A DNA stretch of 64,000 nt from an uncultured Lentisphaeraceae bacterium. Lineage in GTDB: Bacteria > Verrucomicrobiota > Kiritimatiellia > RFP12 > UBA1067. Of this stretch, positions 56,324 through 64,000 are shown piece by piece (position 1 is the first letter of the stretch; the number at the start of each line of letters is the position of its first letter). The notes under the pieces were generated by a model. That model was given only the letters and a program-made list of their open reading frames with translations. It did not search any database and had not been told where the DNA came from. A program made the translations under genes and the position numbers. The stretch covers positions 29,284-93,283 of the forward strand of contig CAZKZI010000001.1 in the NCBI GenBank assembly GCA_964557205.1, written 5' to 3'.

Positions 56324-56790
56324 CCGCAAAGAACGCAGAGAACACAAAGAAGAGGGAGTAGTCAGCCGGTGACAGATTGTCACCGACTGGATTGATTCAA
56401 TCTCTGCGGTCCTTGCGTTCTTTGCGGCCAAATGAATTGGAGAGGTTTAGCCGCAGGGAAAGCAGAGAGTGCGAAGGAGCAAAGCGCATTAAGAAGGAAG
56501 GAAGCCAATCGGTGACAAATTGTCACCAGTTGAAAATGGAGGCCGAAGCCGGCAAGCTGCGTCTCACAAAACGCTGTTTGTGAGACGCAAATCAATTTGA
56601 GACGAATAGGTGAGACTCAAGCGGGACCGCTCAGAGAGAAAAGCGGGAGTCAAGTCAATCGGTTACAAATTGCAACCGGCTGGAATTCGGACACTGCTCC
56701 AATCTCTGCGATCCTTGCGTTCCTTGCGGCCAAATGAATTGGAGCGGTCTTAGCCGCAGACAGGGCCAGCCTGCGCGAGCAGGTGGCGCT
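56305..56790. repeat. array of three or more related structured repeat modules; first copy of the leader at 55862-55909 precedes the GxxExxY gene
   Basis: Each module has three parts: a leader motif gaggtttagccgca(a/g)ag..gcagagaac...aagaagggag; a perfect palindrome cggtgaca(g/a)attgtcacc (56366-56384, 56507-56524; variant caatcggttacaaattgcaaccgg at 56655-56680); and the reverse-complement motif caatctctgcgrtccttgcgttcyttgcggccaaatgaattggag (56398-56443, 56700-56745). Also a separate 11-bp-stem hairpin cgtctcacaaaacgctgtttgtgagacg (56557-56584). Confidence 0.65.
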
Positions 56791-56963
56791 TTCTATCCCG
56801 ATTTCGTCGCGCTCTTGAAAGATGGCCGTCGAAAATGACGAGTTCGGTCGTTCTGTGGAGGCTCAAATCAAAGCCGTATTAAAGAGCTGAATCGCACCCC
56901 GCGTCGTACTTTAAATCATTTCAGGCTTCAAATGCGCGCAGACGTAGAGTATAGTTAAAAACC

Positions 56964-58355
56964 ATGTCGAAAGCATACCTTTGCCTAATTTTTTGTTTTG
57001 TTTTCAAGCTTCTTCCGGTGACTGCGGATTGCGTCTCCTCTGATTGCGGCGGAGCTGCTGCCTGGCGCACGTTGCAACATGTGCAAAACGCCGTCGGCAC
57101 AACCAACTGCTTCTGGAACGGTGACTCGATATGTTTTTCCAACGCCCGGCAATCCGTGCGCTTCTACCTCAACCGCCGCAAGTCTGAAATTAACGGCGTG
57201 ACTGTTTGGCTCAACGCCCCGCCGGATGGCTCGGTGCCTAAAGGTGATTGGAGGCTGGCTGGAATCGATCTGGACTTGCTGCACCTGGCTGTGCTGCCGG
57301 AAACCGAAGGCCCGTTCAAACGCCTGCATGTCATGCTGGATCCCGGACACGGCGGCAGCGATAACGGCGCCAGCAGCCTCGACCCGCCGCTCAACGAGAA
57401 GGATCTGACACTGAAACTATCCCGCAAAATCGGCGCCGGCCTGAAAAAAATGGGGTTCAAAGTCAGCTACACACGAACCGGCGACTCCACCCTCACGCTG
57501 GACGAGCGTTCGCGGCTCGCCCGCAAAAAAAAGGCCGACCTTTTCGTAAGTATACACGCCAACCACGCCCGCAATAAAGCCGCCCAAGGTGTTGAGACCT
57601 TCGTGCTCCCGCCAAGCGGCTATCCGGGGACCGCCGCAGGCAGCCGCGTGCGCGGCTGGCAGATCGGCAACCGCAACGATTACCACAACACCCTGCTCGG
57701 TTTCTCGATCCACCGAGAGCTTACCGTACTGGCCGACTCAATAGACCGCGGACTCAAAAGGCAGTCGTTTTTTGTGTTGCGCGAGACAAGTTGCCCGGCC
57801 GTACTGCTCGAATTCGGATTTCTGTCAAATAAAGAGGAGACCCTGCGCATGCTGGATCCGGATTGGCAAACCCAAAGTACCGCTGCTGTGGCTGCCGGAA
57901 TAGCGTCATACGCCAAAAAAGTGGCAATTCTGGACCAATCTGTGGCCGCCAAGCGGGAAAGAGATGCCGAGACTAATGAGCGTTGGCGCAAACACTTGAC
58001 GGAACGCGGCGCCCAAATGACAAACGACCAACCGTCGATAATCGTCAGCGCGGCTAAAACACCATGCGTTTCAGAAAACGAGGCGGCTCCTGTGCCGATG
58101 ATTGCGAGCGCCCGGAAACCTTTGCCGGCTTATGCCGACGTACCTGATCCCGATCCTGTAACCGTACATGTGCCCGACCCGATGCCATCCTCAGCAACCA
58201 GATTCCCGGCTGCAGAGTCGCCTCCTTCTATAGAACTTAATAAAAAGTCTTCAGCACCACCTAAAGTCACGATCATAACCGGCACCAACACCGCACCGGT
58301 CCAGATCGACGCTCTGTTTGATTTTTATGAAACCGGCAAGGTACAACAACCATGA
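56964..58355 (+). CDS. N-acetylmuramoyl-L-alanine amidase (Amidase_3, AmiC-like) with N-terminal and low-complexity C-terminal extensions
   Basis: Catalytic-domain motifs VMLDPGHGGSDNGA, DLFVSIHANHA, GVETFVLPP. Signal-like N-terminus. Confidence 0.8.
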   Translation: MSKAYLCLIFCFVFKLLPVTADCVSSDCGGAAAWRTLQHVQNAVGTTNCFWNGDSICFSNARQSVRFYLNRRKSEINGVTVWLNAPPDGSVPKGDWRLAGIDLDLLHLAVLPETEGPFKRLHVMLDPGHGGSDNGASSLDPPLNEKDLTLKLSRKIGAGLKKMGFKVSYTRTGDSTLTLDERSRLARKKKADLFVSIHANHARNKAAQGVETFVLPPSGYPGTAAGSRVRGWQIGNRNDYHNTLLGFSIHRELTVLADSIDRGLKRQSFFVLRETSCPAVLLEFGFLSNKEETLRMLDPDWQTQSTAAVAAGIASYAKKVAILDQSVAAKRERDAETNERWRKHLTERGAQMTNDQPSIIVSAAKTPCVSENEAAPVPMIASARKPLPAYADVPDPDPVTVHVPDPMPSSATRFPAAESPPSIELNKKSSAPPKVTIITGTNTAPVQIDALFDFYETGKVQQP

Positions 58356-60133
58356 AACATACCTCCAATAACAACACCTCTCACGATGACGACTCACGGA
58401 TGAAACGGCAACAGCTCTTGCATACGGCACTTTTGTCTGTCGCCGTGCTGTTGATCCCGGTGCTTATGGGTATCCTGCTCGTGCTTGCGGCACATAAACT
58501 GCGGCCGCCTGCCGCTCCACCAGCAGCAGCAGAGAGCACCGTGAGCGTGGCCAACCGCCTTTACGAACTAGGCACCGCCACCAACAAGCATAGATTGGCG
58601 CGTCTGCGCCACGACCTGCGCGCGAAAGGCATGCCTTTCGAGGAGGTCAATCTGCGGCTGTGGGCCACGGAAATCACGGAACCGGAACGGCTTTTCCATG
58701 TGACTCCGCCCGACGCCGATAAAACGTGGGACTGGCATCTTTCACACGACGGATTATACGCGGTCGCGGTTACGGTCCAAAAAGACGAACTTGACCGGCG
58801 CAAAGTCGGACTCTATGACCTCATAAAAGGCAAGTGGCTTTGGCAAAACAAAATTCTTTGGCCAGATTCACATGGGCAACCATATATATTCAACGGTCAT
58901 CTGATTCTTCGCTACGCCAAAAACGCCGTGCGCTTCGCGCTCGAACTGGATGACGCCGGCCGTATAATCAGCATTGACACACTCGGGCCCGGCCAAGGAG
59001 AGGTCGTTCCGCGACCTCCGCTTGACCCTATGCTGCCCGGTCTGCCGGTGGCGGTCAAAAACGGCATAGTCTTCACGGTTAACCAAAAAAACTGTGATTT
59101 GTCTGGCTATGCCGCCGAGCGACTGCCCGGCCTGCGCTATGCCGGAAAAGGCGACGAAAACACCATCTTTCCCGGTAACGGGCTTTTGAAATTCGATGCC
59201 AAAGATGGCAATATATTCGTATATGACAGCTTGACCCAAACCCTGCTGCAGCGGATTGACGCTTGGCGCCACAACGCCAACACGAAAGTTACGGGAATGT
59301 GGACCGATCTAGAGGGCTCGTATCTGTCGGTTTTCTTTACCACGGAATTCGCGGTGGTCCCGCCTGTCAGACGCAACTGGCAAATCAACGTCAACATATA
59401 TACAGGACAAAAAGAAACGATCTTTAATCCAGATTCCGCCAGCCCTGAGCGTCAGTCCAACCATCAGGCGCAGTCACCTGACGGACGCTGGACGTTCTAC
59501 GTGACCGCCGACAACGCGCTGACGCTGTCGTGCGCCGAATCCGACCGCATCGCGGCGCAATTGCCGCTAAGCGCACTGGGCATCAAAGGCGCTGTCAACG
59601 CCATATCTTTTCTGAAAGGCGGACGCCATCTGCGCATAAGGCAAGACGACAATTTATGGCTGCTGGATTTTGCCGTTGCCCGCAGCTATGGTGACCTGCT
59701 GGCCCGTTGCGCCACAAGTGCAAATCCTGCCGACTGTGACGCGCCGGTTCCGTCCAACCACAGGCTCTTACAACCGCAACCGCTCCATGACAACTCGTTT
59801 GAGATCGATCCGGACACTTTGGCATATATAAAAGAGTCGAACAGCCCGTTGCCCTCCGCGTTGGCGCTCAAGGCAGAGCTGCTGGCAGCCAATCAGGCGT
59901 GGGGCTATGCCGCCGGCCTGCTCGAGAGGGTCGCCACTCTGCAGGAGTACGACCCCAGGGCGCCACATGTGAACCTGCTGCTGCTGGCCCGCTGTCAGAT
60001 TCTAGCGGGCAACCAGACCAAAGCCCGCCACACCTGCCGCACCGCACTCAACAAACTGATCGCCGACCCCACCAAGTATAACCGCATGATCCGCTACCAC
60101 CTTCAAGGCTTGTACTTTGCGGAAAGTTTATGA
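58352..60133 (+). CDS. membrane-anchored hypothetical protein with TPR-like C-terminus
   Basis: 593 aa. Single N-terminal TM (LLSVAVLLIPVLMGILLVLAA). ATG overlaps amidase stop (ATGA), implying translational coupling. No family recognised. Confidence 0.5.
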   Translation: MKHTSNNNTSHDDDSRMKRQQLLHTALLSVAVLLIPVLMGILLVLAAHKLRPPAAPPAAAESTVSVANRLYELGTATNKHRLARLRHDLRAKGMPFEEVNLRLWATEITEPERLFHVTPPDADKTWDWHLSHDGLYAVAVTVQKDELDRRKVGLYDLIKGKWLWQNKILWPDSHGQPYIFNGHLILRYAKNAVRFALELDDAGRIISIDTLGPGQGEVVPRPPLDPMLPGLPVAVKNGIVFTVNQKNCDLSGYAAERLPGLRYAGKGDENTIFPGNGLLKFDAKDGNIFVYDSLTQTLLQRIDAWRHNANTKVTGMWTDLEGSYLSVFFTTEFAVVPPVRRNWQINVNIYTGQKETIFNPDSASPERQSNHQAQSPDGRWTFYVTADNALTLSCAESDRIAAQLPLSALGIKGAVNAISFLKGGRHLRIRQDDNLWLLDFAVARSYGDLLARCATSANPADCDAPVPSNHRLLQPQPLHDNSFEIDPDTLAYIKESNSPLPSALALKAELLAANQAWGYAAGLLERVATLQEYDPRAPHVNLLLLARCQILAGNQTKARHTCRTALNKLIADPTKYNRMIRYHLQGLYFAESL

Positions 60134-60157
60134 ACGGGCAAACAGGAGAGACCGCCA

Positions 60158-61510
60158 ATGGACAAACAGACTCTGATAAACACCCTTTGCGATTTTAATG
60201 ATGACACGCGTCGCCACGCGCTGCAACAGTTGGCGGAGAAGACCCCTTTCCCGGCCCCCGACGCCAACTTCAACATGCACTGCCACTCGTTTTTCTCTTA
60301 TAACGCCGAGGGCTGGTCGCCTTCGCGCGTAGCTTACGAGTGCCGCGCGCGCGCGCTCTGCGCAGCGGCTTTGTGCGACTTCGACGTTCTGGACGGCTTG
60401 GACGAGTTTTTGGAAGTAGGCCGTCTGCTGGCGCTTCCTGTCGCAACGCATCTGGAAACACGAGTTTTTGTTAAAGAGTTGTCTGCCGTGGAGATCAGCT
60501 CGCCCGGTGAACCAGGCGTCGCTTATATCATGGGCTGCGGGTTCACAGGCATACCGACACCTGAGAGCGAGCAGAGTATAGTCTTGGCGCGTCTGCGCCA
60601 AGGCGCGCAAGACCGCAATCTGGCACTGATCGCGCGCATCAACGCCGCCTTGCCCGCGATTGCCTTGGATTACAATCAAGACGTGTTGCCGCTTACACCT
60701 AAAGGCGTCGCCACCGAGCGCCACATCGTCAGAGCCTATAACAAGCAGGCCTGTAAAGCTTTCCCGGATCAGGACGCGCGAGCAGCCTTCTGGGCGCCAC
60801 TGCTGAAATGTGCCCCGGAAGCATTCCCGGCAATCGAGGCGGATGTGCCGAAAATGGAGGACCTGATCCGCAACGCCCTGGCCAAACGCGGCGGTCTCGG
60901 CTACAGCCAGCCAGACGAAAAGACGTTTCCGCCCGCCGAAACCTTTGTCAAATGGGTCCGCGCCTGTGGTGCGATACCGACCATCGCCTGGCTTGACGGC
61001 ACCAGCGGCGGAGAGTCCGACTCCGATAAGCTGCTGGAGTTGATGACCGGCATGGGCTGCGCCGCCTTGAACATCATCCCGGACCGTAACTGGAACCTGA
61101 AAAAACCTGAAGAGGCCGCCCGCAAACAGGCACTGCTGGATGAGGTCGTTCAGGGATGTGTCAAAAGAAACCTGCCCATAAATGTCGGCACTGAAATGAA
61201 TAAGGGCGGCCTGCCTTTCGCCGATGACATCACCAGCGGCGTCCTCAGTAAATATGCCGAGCCTTTTACCCACGGCATGCGGGTCATGGTAGGCCAGACC
61301 TTGCTGGGCATCTATGCCAATATGCCTTACTTGGGCGAACGTGCCGCATCGGAATTCAAGGATGTGGCGCGGCGCAACGCCTTTTATGCGGCTATCGGCG
61401 CATTGCCGGCGCTGACCAACTGCCAAGCCGACAGCCTGATCGAGGCCGGTTACGAAAAAGCCTTCACCATGCTAGCCGATGCCGCGAAGGCCGAAGGCTG
61501 TGACCGTTAA
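60158..61510 (+). CDS. PHP-domain-like metal-dependent phosphoesterase (tentative)
   Basis: N-terminal NFNMHCHSFFS resembles PHP (HxH) metal-binding motif. 450 aa. AGGAGAG RBS. Assignment tentative. Confidence 0.45.
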   Translation: MDKQTLINTLCDFNDDTRRHALQQLAEKTPFPAPDANFNMHCHSFFSYNAEGWSPSRVAYECRARALCAAALCDFDVLDGLDEFLEVGRLLALPVATHLETRVFVKELSAVEISSPGEPGVAYIMGCGFTGIPTPESEQSIVLARLRQGAQDRNLALIARINAALPAIALDYNQDVLPLTPKGVATERHIVRAYNKQACKAFPDQDARAAFWAPLLKCAPEAFPAIEADVPKMEDLIRNALAKRGGLGYSQPDEKTFPPAETFVKWVRACGAIPTIAWLDGTSGGESDSDKLLELMTGMGCAALNIIPDRNWNLKKPEEAARKQALLDEVVQGCVKRNLPINVGTEMNKGGLPFADDITSGVLSKYAEPFTHGMRVMVGQTLLGIYANMPYLGERAASEFKDVARRNAFYAAIGALPALTNCQADSLIEAGYEKAFTMLADAAKAEGCDR

Positions 61511-61574
61511 ACAAAGTTGACCGTTCGGCGGCTTATGCTTCATACTTGAACCCGAAAACAACAAAGGTATTTTT

Positions 61575-62444
61575 ATGACACTTTCAGGAACTTTTACCGC
61601 TTTAGTAACGCCGTTTAACAATGATGGCAGTGTCGATTACACCGCCCTGCGTAATCTGGTGCAGTGGCAGATTGCGAATGGTGTCGAGGGTTTTGTGCCA
61701 ACGGGCACAACGGGCGAATCCCCCACACTGAATTTCGATGAGCACATCAAAGTGATCGAGACCACAATCGAAGCTGCTGCAGGAAAAGCCAAAGTCATAG
61801 CGGGCACCGGCGCAAATTCGACATCCGAGGCCTTGGGACTTACGCGCGCGGTGCTTAACTCGGGTGTCGACGCCTCGCTGCAGGTGACACCCTATTATAA
61901 CCGTCCGAACGCCGAAGGCCTTTACCGCCATTTCGCGGCAGTGGCCGACCTCGGACTTCCCGTAGTCCTGTACAATGTTCCCGGGCGCTCCGGACGGGAA
62001 ATACCTTTGGATGTGGTTGTGCGCCTCTCGGCGCACGAGCAAGTGGCGGCCATAAAAGAGGCCGCTGGAAGCGTGGACCGCGTTAGCGCCATTCGCGACG
62101 CGTGTGAGTTGCCGGTACTCTCGGGTGACGACAGCCTGGCCCTGCCAATGATCAGCGTCGGCGCCTGCGGCGTGATCAGCGTGGCATCCAATGTCATACC
62201 TAAAGAGATGTCGGCCATGGTGCGCCTGGCGCTGACTAACGACTTCCCCGCAGCCCGTGAACTGCACCGTAACTGGTACCCGCTTTTCCGCGACCTTTTC
62301 ATTGACACCAACCCAGTGCCTGTTAAAATGGCGCTGGCCATGATGAACCGTGTCGGCCCTGATTTCAGGTTGCCGCTGTGCGAGACTACCGAAAAGGTCA
62401 GAGAACAACTCGCCCACACCTTGCGCAGCTTCGGTCTTATCTAA
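61575..62444 (+). CDS. dapA: 4-hydroxy-tetrahydrodipicolinate synthase
   Basis: TALVTPF...GFVPTGTTGESPTL...YNVPGRSG... canonical DapA. Followed by dapB. Confidence 0.9.
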   Translation: MTLSGTFTALVTPFNNDGSVDYTALRNLVQWQIANGVEGFVPTGTTGESPTLNFDEHIKVIETTIEAAAGKAKVIAGTGANSTSEALGLTRAVLNSGVDASLQVTPYYNRPNAEGLYRHFAAVADLGLPVVLYNVPGRSGREIPLDVVVRLSAHEQVAAIKEAAGSVDRVSAIRDACELPVLSGDDSLALPMISVGACGVISVASNVIPKEMSAMVRLALTNDFPAARELHRNWYPLFRDLFIDTNPVPVKMALAMMNRVGPDFRLPLCETTEKVREQLAHTLRSFGLI

Positions 62445-62467
62445 CCCTTGGTAAAAAAAGACACAAT

Positions 62468-63280
62468 ATGAAAATCGCGATTCTTGGAGCAGCCGGACGC
62501 ATGGGGCAGAATCTTTTGCGCTGTGCCGGCAGGATAGAAGGATGTGAAATAGTAGCCGTGACAGAGCGTCCCGACCACCCTGCCATCGGTAAAAGCGTAA
62601 ACGCCGCTAGCAATACGCGGTTTGACACCCTGCCAGACAACTTATGCTATACTTCGGAGTGGCCTGAGACAGCCGAGGCAATAATCGACTTTACCTTTCA
62701 TACAACGACCCCCTCTAACCTGACTAATGCGGTCGCCTGCGGGCAAGCCTATGTGCTGGGCACCACCGGCCTCACAGAAGCTGAAAAATCTGCCGTGCGC
62801 GAAGCCGCCAAGAAAATCCCGATAGTCTGGGCGCCTAACATGAGTCTGGGCATCAACCTGCTGATCGAGCTGGTCCGCCGCTCAGCAGCCGTCTTGGGGC
62901 CGGAATACGACGCGGAGATTGTCGAGGTCCACCACCGTCTGAAAAAGGACGCCCCCAGTGGCACTGCTCTTGGTCTCGCCGAAGCCCTTGCCGACGGACG
63001 CGGCGTGAAACTCGATGAAGTCGCGTGTTACGGACGCGAAGGCATAACCGGTGAAAGACCCAAAGGTGAGATCGCGATACATGCTTTGCGCGGTGGCGCG
63101 GTGGTCGGTGACCATACTGTAATGTTCGTGGCCGACGAAGAGCGCGTCGAGCTTACCCATAAAGCCGGCAGCCGTGAGGCGTTCGCCTCTGGCGCCCTGC
63201 GTGCCGCACTCTGGCTGGCTGGCCGTGCGCCGGGCATCTATAACATGCGGCATGTGCTAGGCTTTGAGCCCGTGTGCTAG
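62468..63280 (+). CDS. dapB: 4-hydroxy-tetrahydrodipicolinate reductase
   Basis: MKIAILGAAGRMGQNLL Rossmann N-terminus. DapB C-terminal motifs (EVHHRLKKDAPSGTA). ATG 62468 chosen within track ORF. Confidence 0.9.
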   Translation: MKIAILGAAGRMGQNLLRCAGRIEGCEIVAVTERPDHPAIGKSVNAASNTRFDTLPDNLCYTSEWPETAEAIIDFTFHTTTPSNLTNAVACGQAYVLGTTGLTEAEKSAVREAAKKIPIVWAPNMSLGINLLIELVRRSAAVLGPEYDAEIVEVHHRLKKDAPSGTALGLAEALADGRGVKLDEVACYGREGITGERPKGEIAIHALRGGAVVGDHTVMFVADEERVELTHKAGSREAFASGALRAALWLAGRAPGIYNMRHVLGFEPVC

Positions 63281-63318
63281 ATCGGAGGGCCGCAGTGCCA
63301 GCCTGCCAACCTTGCCGA

Positions 63319-63849
63319 ATGCCCGCAACCGAAGCCGCGCTTTCCTTGGGCAGCAACTTGGGTGACCGCCTGCAATGGCTTGAGCAAGCGTGCGCCTTGA
63401 TCGCCAGCAACCCTGATATCCGCATCATTGCGACTTCCCCTGTCTATGACACTGAGCCGTGCGGCGCTCCAGAAGCTTTCTCCGCTCTTAATTACCTAAA
63501 CATGGTTGCTATCGTCGAGACTTCGCTGACGTCCCTTGTCTTCTCCGATGCCATTCATGCGATTGAATTTTTACTGGGCCGATGCCGTTCCGGCAAGCCT
63601 AATCATCCGCGCAACATCGATATCGACATCATCTGTTACGGCAGCCTCTCGATGCATACCCCCTCCCTTATCCTGCCACACCCGCGCGCCCATCTGCGCC
63701 GCTTTGTGCTTCAGCCACTCTCGGATCTCAGGCCGAACATGGTACTAGCCGGCCAAACCAGCACCGTTACGGAGTTGCTGAGCGGTCTGCCGGAAACACC
63801 GCGTGTCAAACACCTCGAGCAGGGACTTGCCGCCAGACAGCCGCTGTGA
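63319..63849 (+). CDS. folK: 2-amino-4-hydroxy-6-hydroxymethyldihydropteridine diphosphokinase (HPPK)
   Basis: LSLGSNLGDRLQWLEQA..., PVYDTEPCG, NIDIDIICYG, LPHPRAHLRRFVLQPL are typical HPPK motifs. Start between 63274 and 63319 uncertain. Confidence 0.8.
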   Translation: MPATEAALSLGSNLGDRLQWLEQACALIASNPDIRIIATSPVYDTEPCGAPEAFSALNYLNMVAIVETSLTSLVFSDAIHAIEFLLGRCRSGKPNHPRNIDIDIICYGSLSMHTPSLILPHPRAHLRRFVLQPLSDLRPNMVLAGQTSTVTELLSGLPETPRVKHLEQGLAARQPL

Positions 63850-63863
63850 TATTCTAATAAGTT

Positions 63864-64000
63864 ATGAAGACCTTGGTTAAATACTCTATGGGCATCGGCG
63901 ACCGCTTCGGTCAGCAAGGCCGAGCCCAGCTAGAAGCTTTCCGACTTTTAAACCTGAACGAGAAGGTGCTGGCGGCTCCAGTCTGGAACAAATCCAACCG
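63864..64000 (+). CDS. 5' end of a CDS of unknown function (truncated by window edge)
   Basis: ATG at 63864 (MKTLVKYSMGIGDRFGQQ...) open to the window end. No family call made. Confidence 0.3.
   Translation, partial: MKTLVKYSMGIGDRFGQQGRAQLEAFRLLNLNEKVLAAPVWNKSN

Noticed and set aside
55862-56790. Possible CRISPR array
   Set aside because: Repeats are not identical, are not evenly spaced and are interleaved with inverted copies and palindromes. No cas genes in the window.
1-64000. tRNA/rRNA genes, transposases, integrases, phage genes
   Set aside because: No GTTCGAATCC-type T-arm motifs, rRNA-like segments, DDE/tyrosine-recombinase ORFs or phage structural genes were recognisable.

Overview
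This is a high-GC (~60-65%) bacterial chromosomal segment. Gene content and style (type-Z ribosomal protein S14, FGE/sialidase/FG-GAP secreted proteins, a Fd-EtfA/EtfB/ETF-QO set) fit a PVC-group-like (Verrucomicrobia/Planctomycetes-type) or similar genome; I cannot assign taxonomy from sequence alone.

Layout:
- 1-10 kb, + strand: a secreted-glycan utilisation cluster. It holds a BNR/Asp-box sialidase-like hydrolase, an FGE(SUMF1)-domain protein, two tandem paralogous secreted proteins of unknown function, a DHDPS/NanA-family lyase, an SSS sodium:solute symporter and an FG-GAP beta-propeller protein.
- About 10.1-12.9 kb, + strand: rpmH-rnpA-yidD-yidC.
- 12.9-50.8 kb, - strand: one uninterrupted co-directional block. 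It contains pgl; the complete S10/spc ribosomal-protein operons (rpsJ through secY); fusA-rpsG-rpsL; recR; ybaB; murJ; an MsbA-like ABC exporter; trxB; a PilB-PilT-GspE ATPase trio; gatCAB; and a candidate extracytoplasmic redox module. The module comprises a discoidin-domain protein, ApbE, a CbcL-like multiheme c/b fusion cytochrome, a Tat-exported Gfo/Idh/MocA oxidoreductase, ETF-QO and ferredoxin-fused EtfA/EtfB.
- 50.8-55.5 kb: lower GC. It contains an esterase, a DUF1080 3-keto-disaccharide-hydrolase-like protein and a low-GC GH29 alpha-L-fucosidase bracketed by a 17-bp direct repeat.
- Remainder: a GxxExxY-family gene embedded in an array of nested-palindrome repeats, a MurNAc-L-Ala amidase translationally coupled to a large membrane-anchored hypothetical, a PHP-domain protein, and dapA-dapB-folK.

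No rRNA, tRNA, CRISPR, transposase or integrase was recognised. Several short intergenic repeat families are described in the findings.
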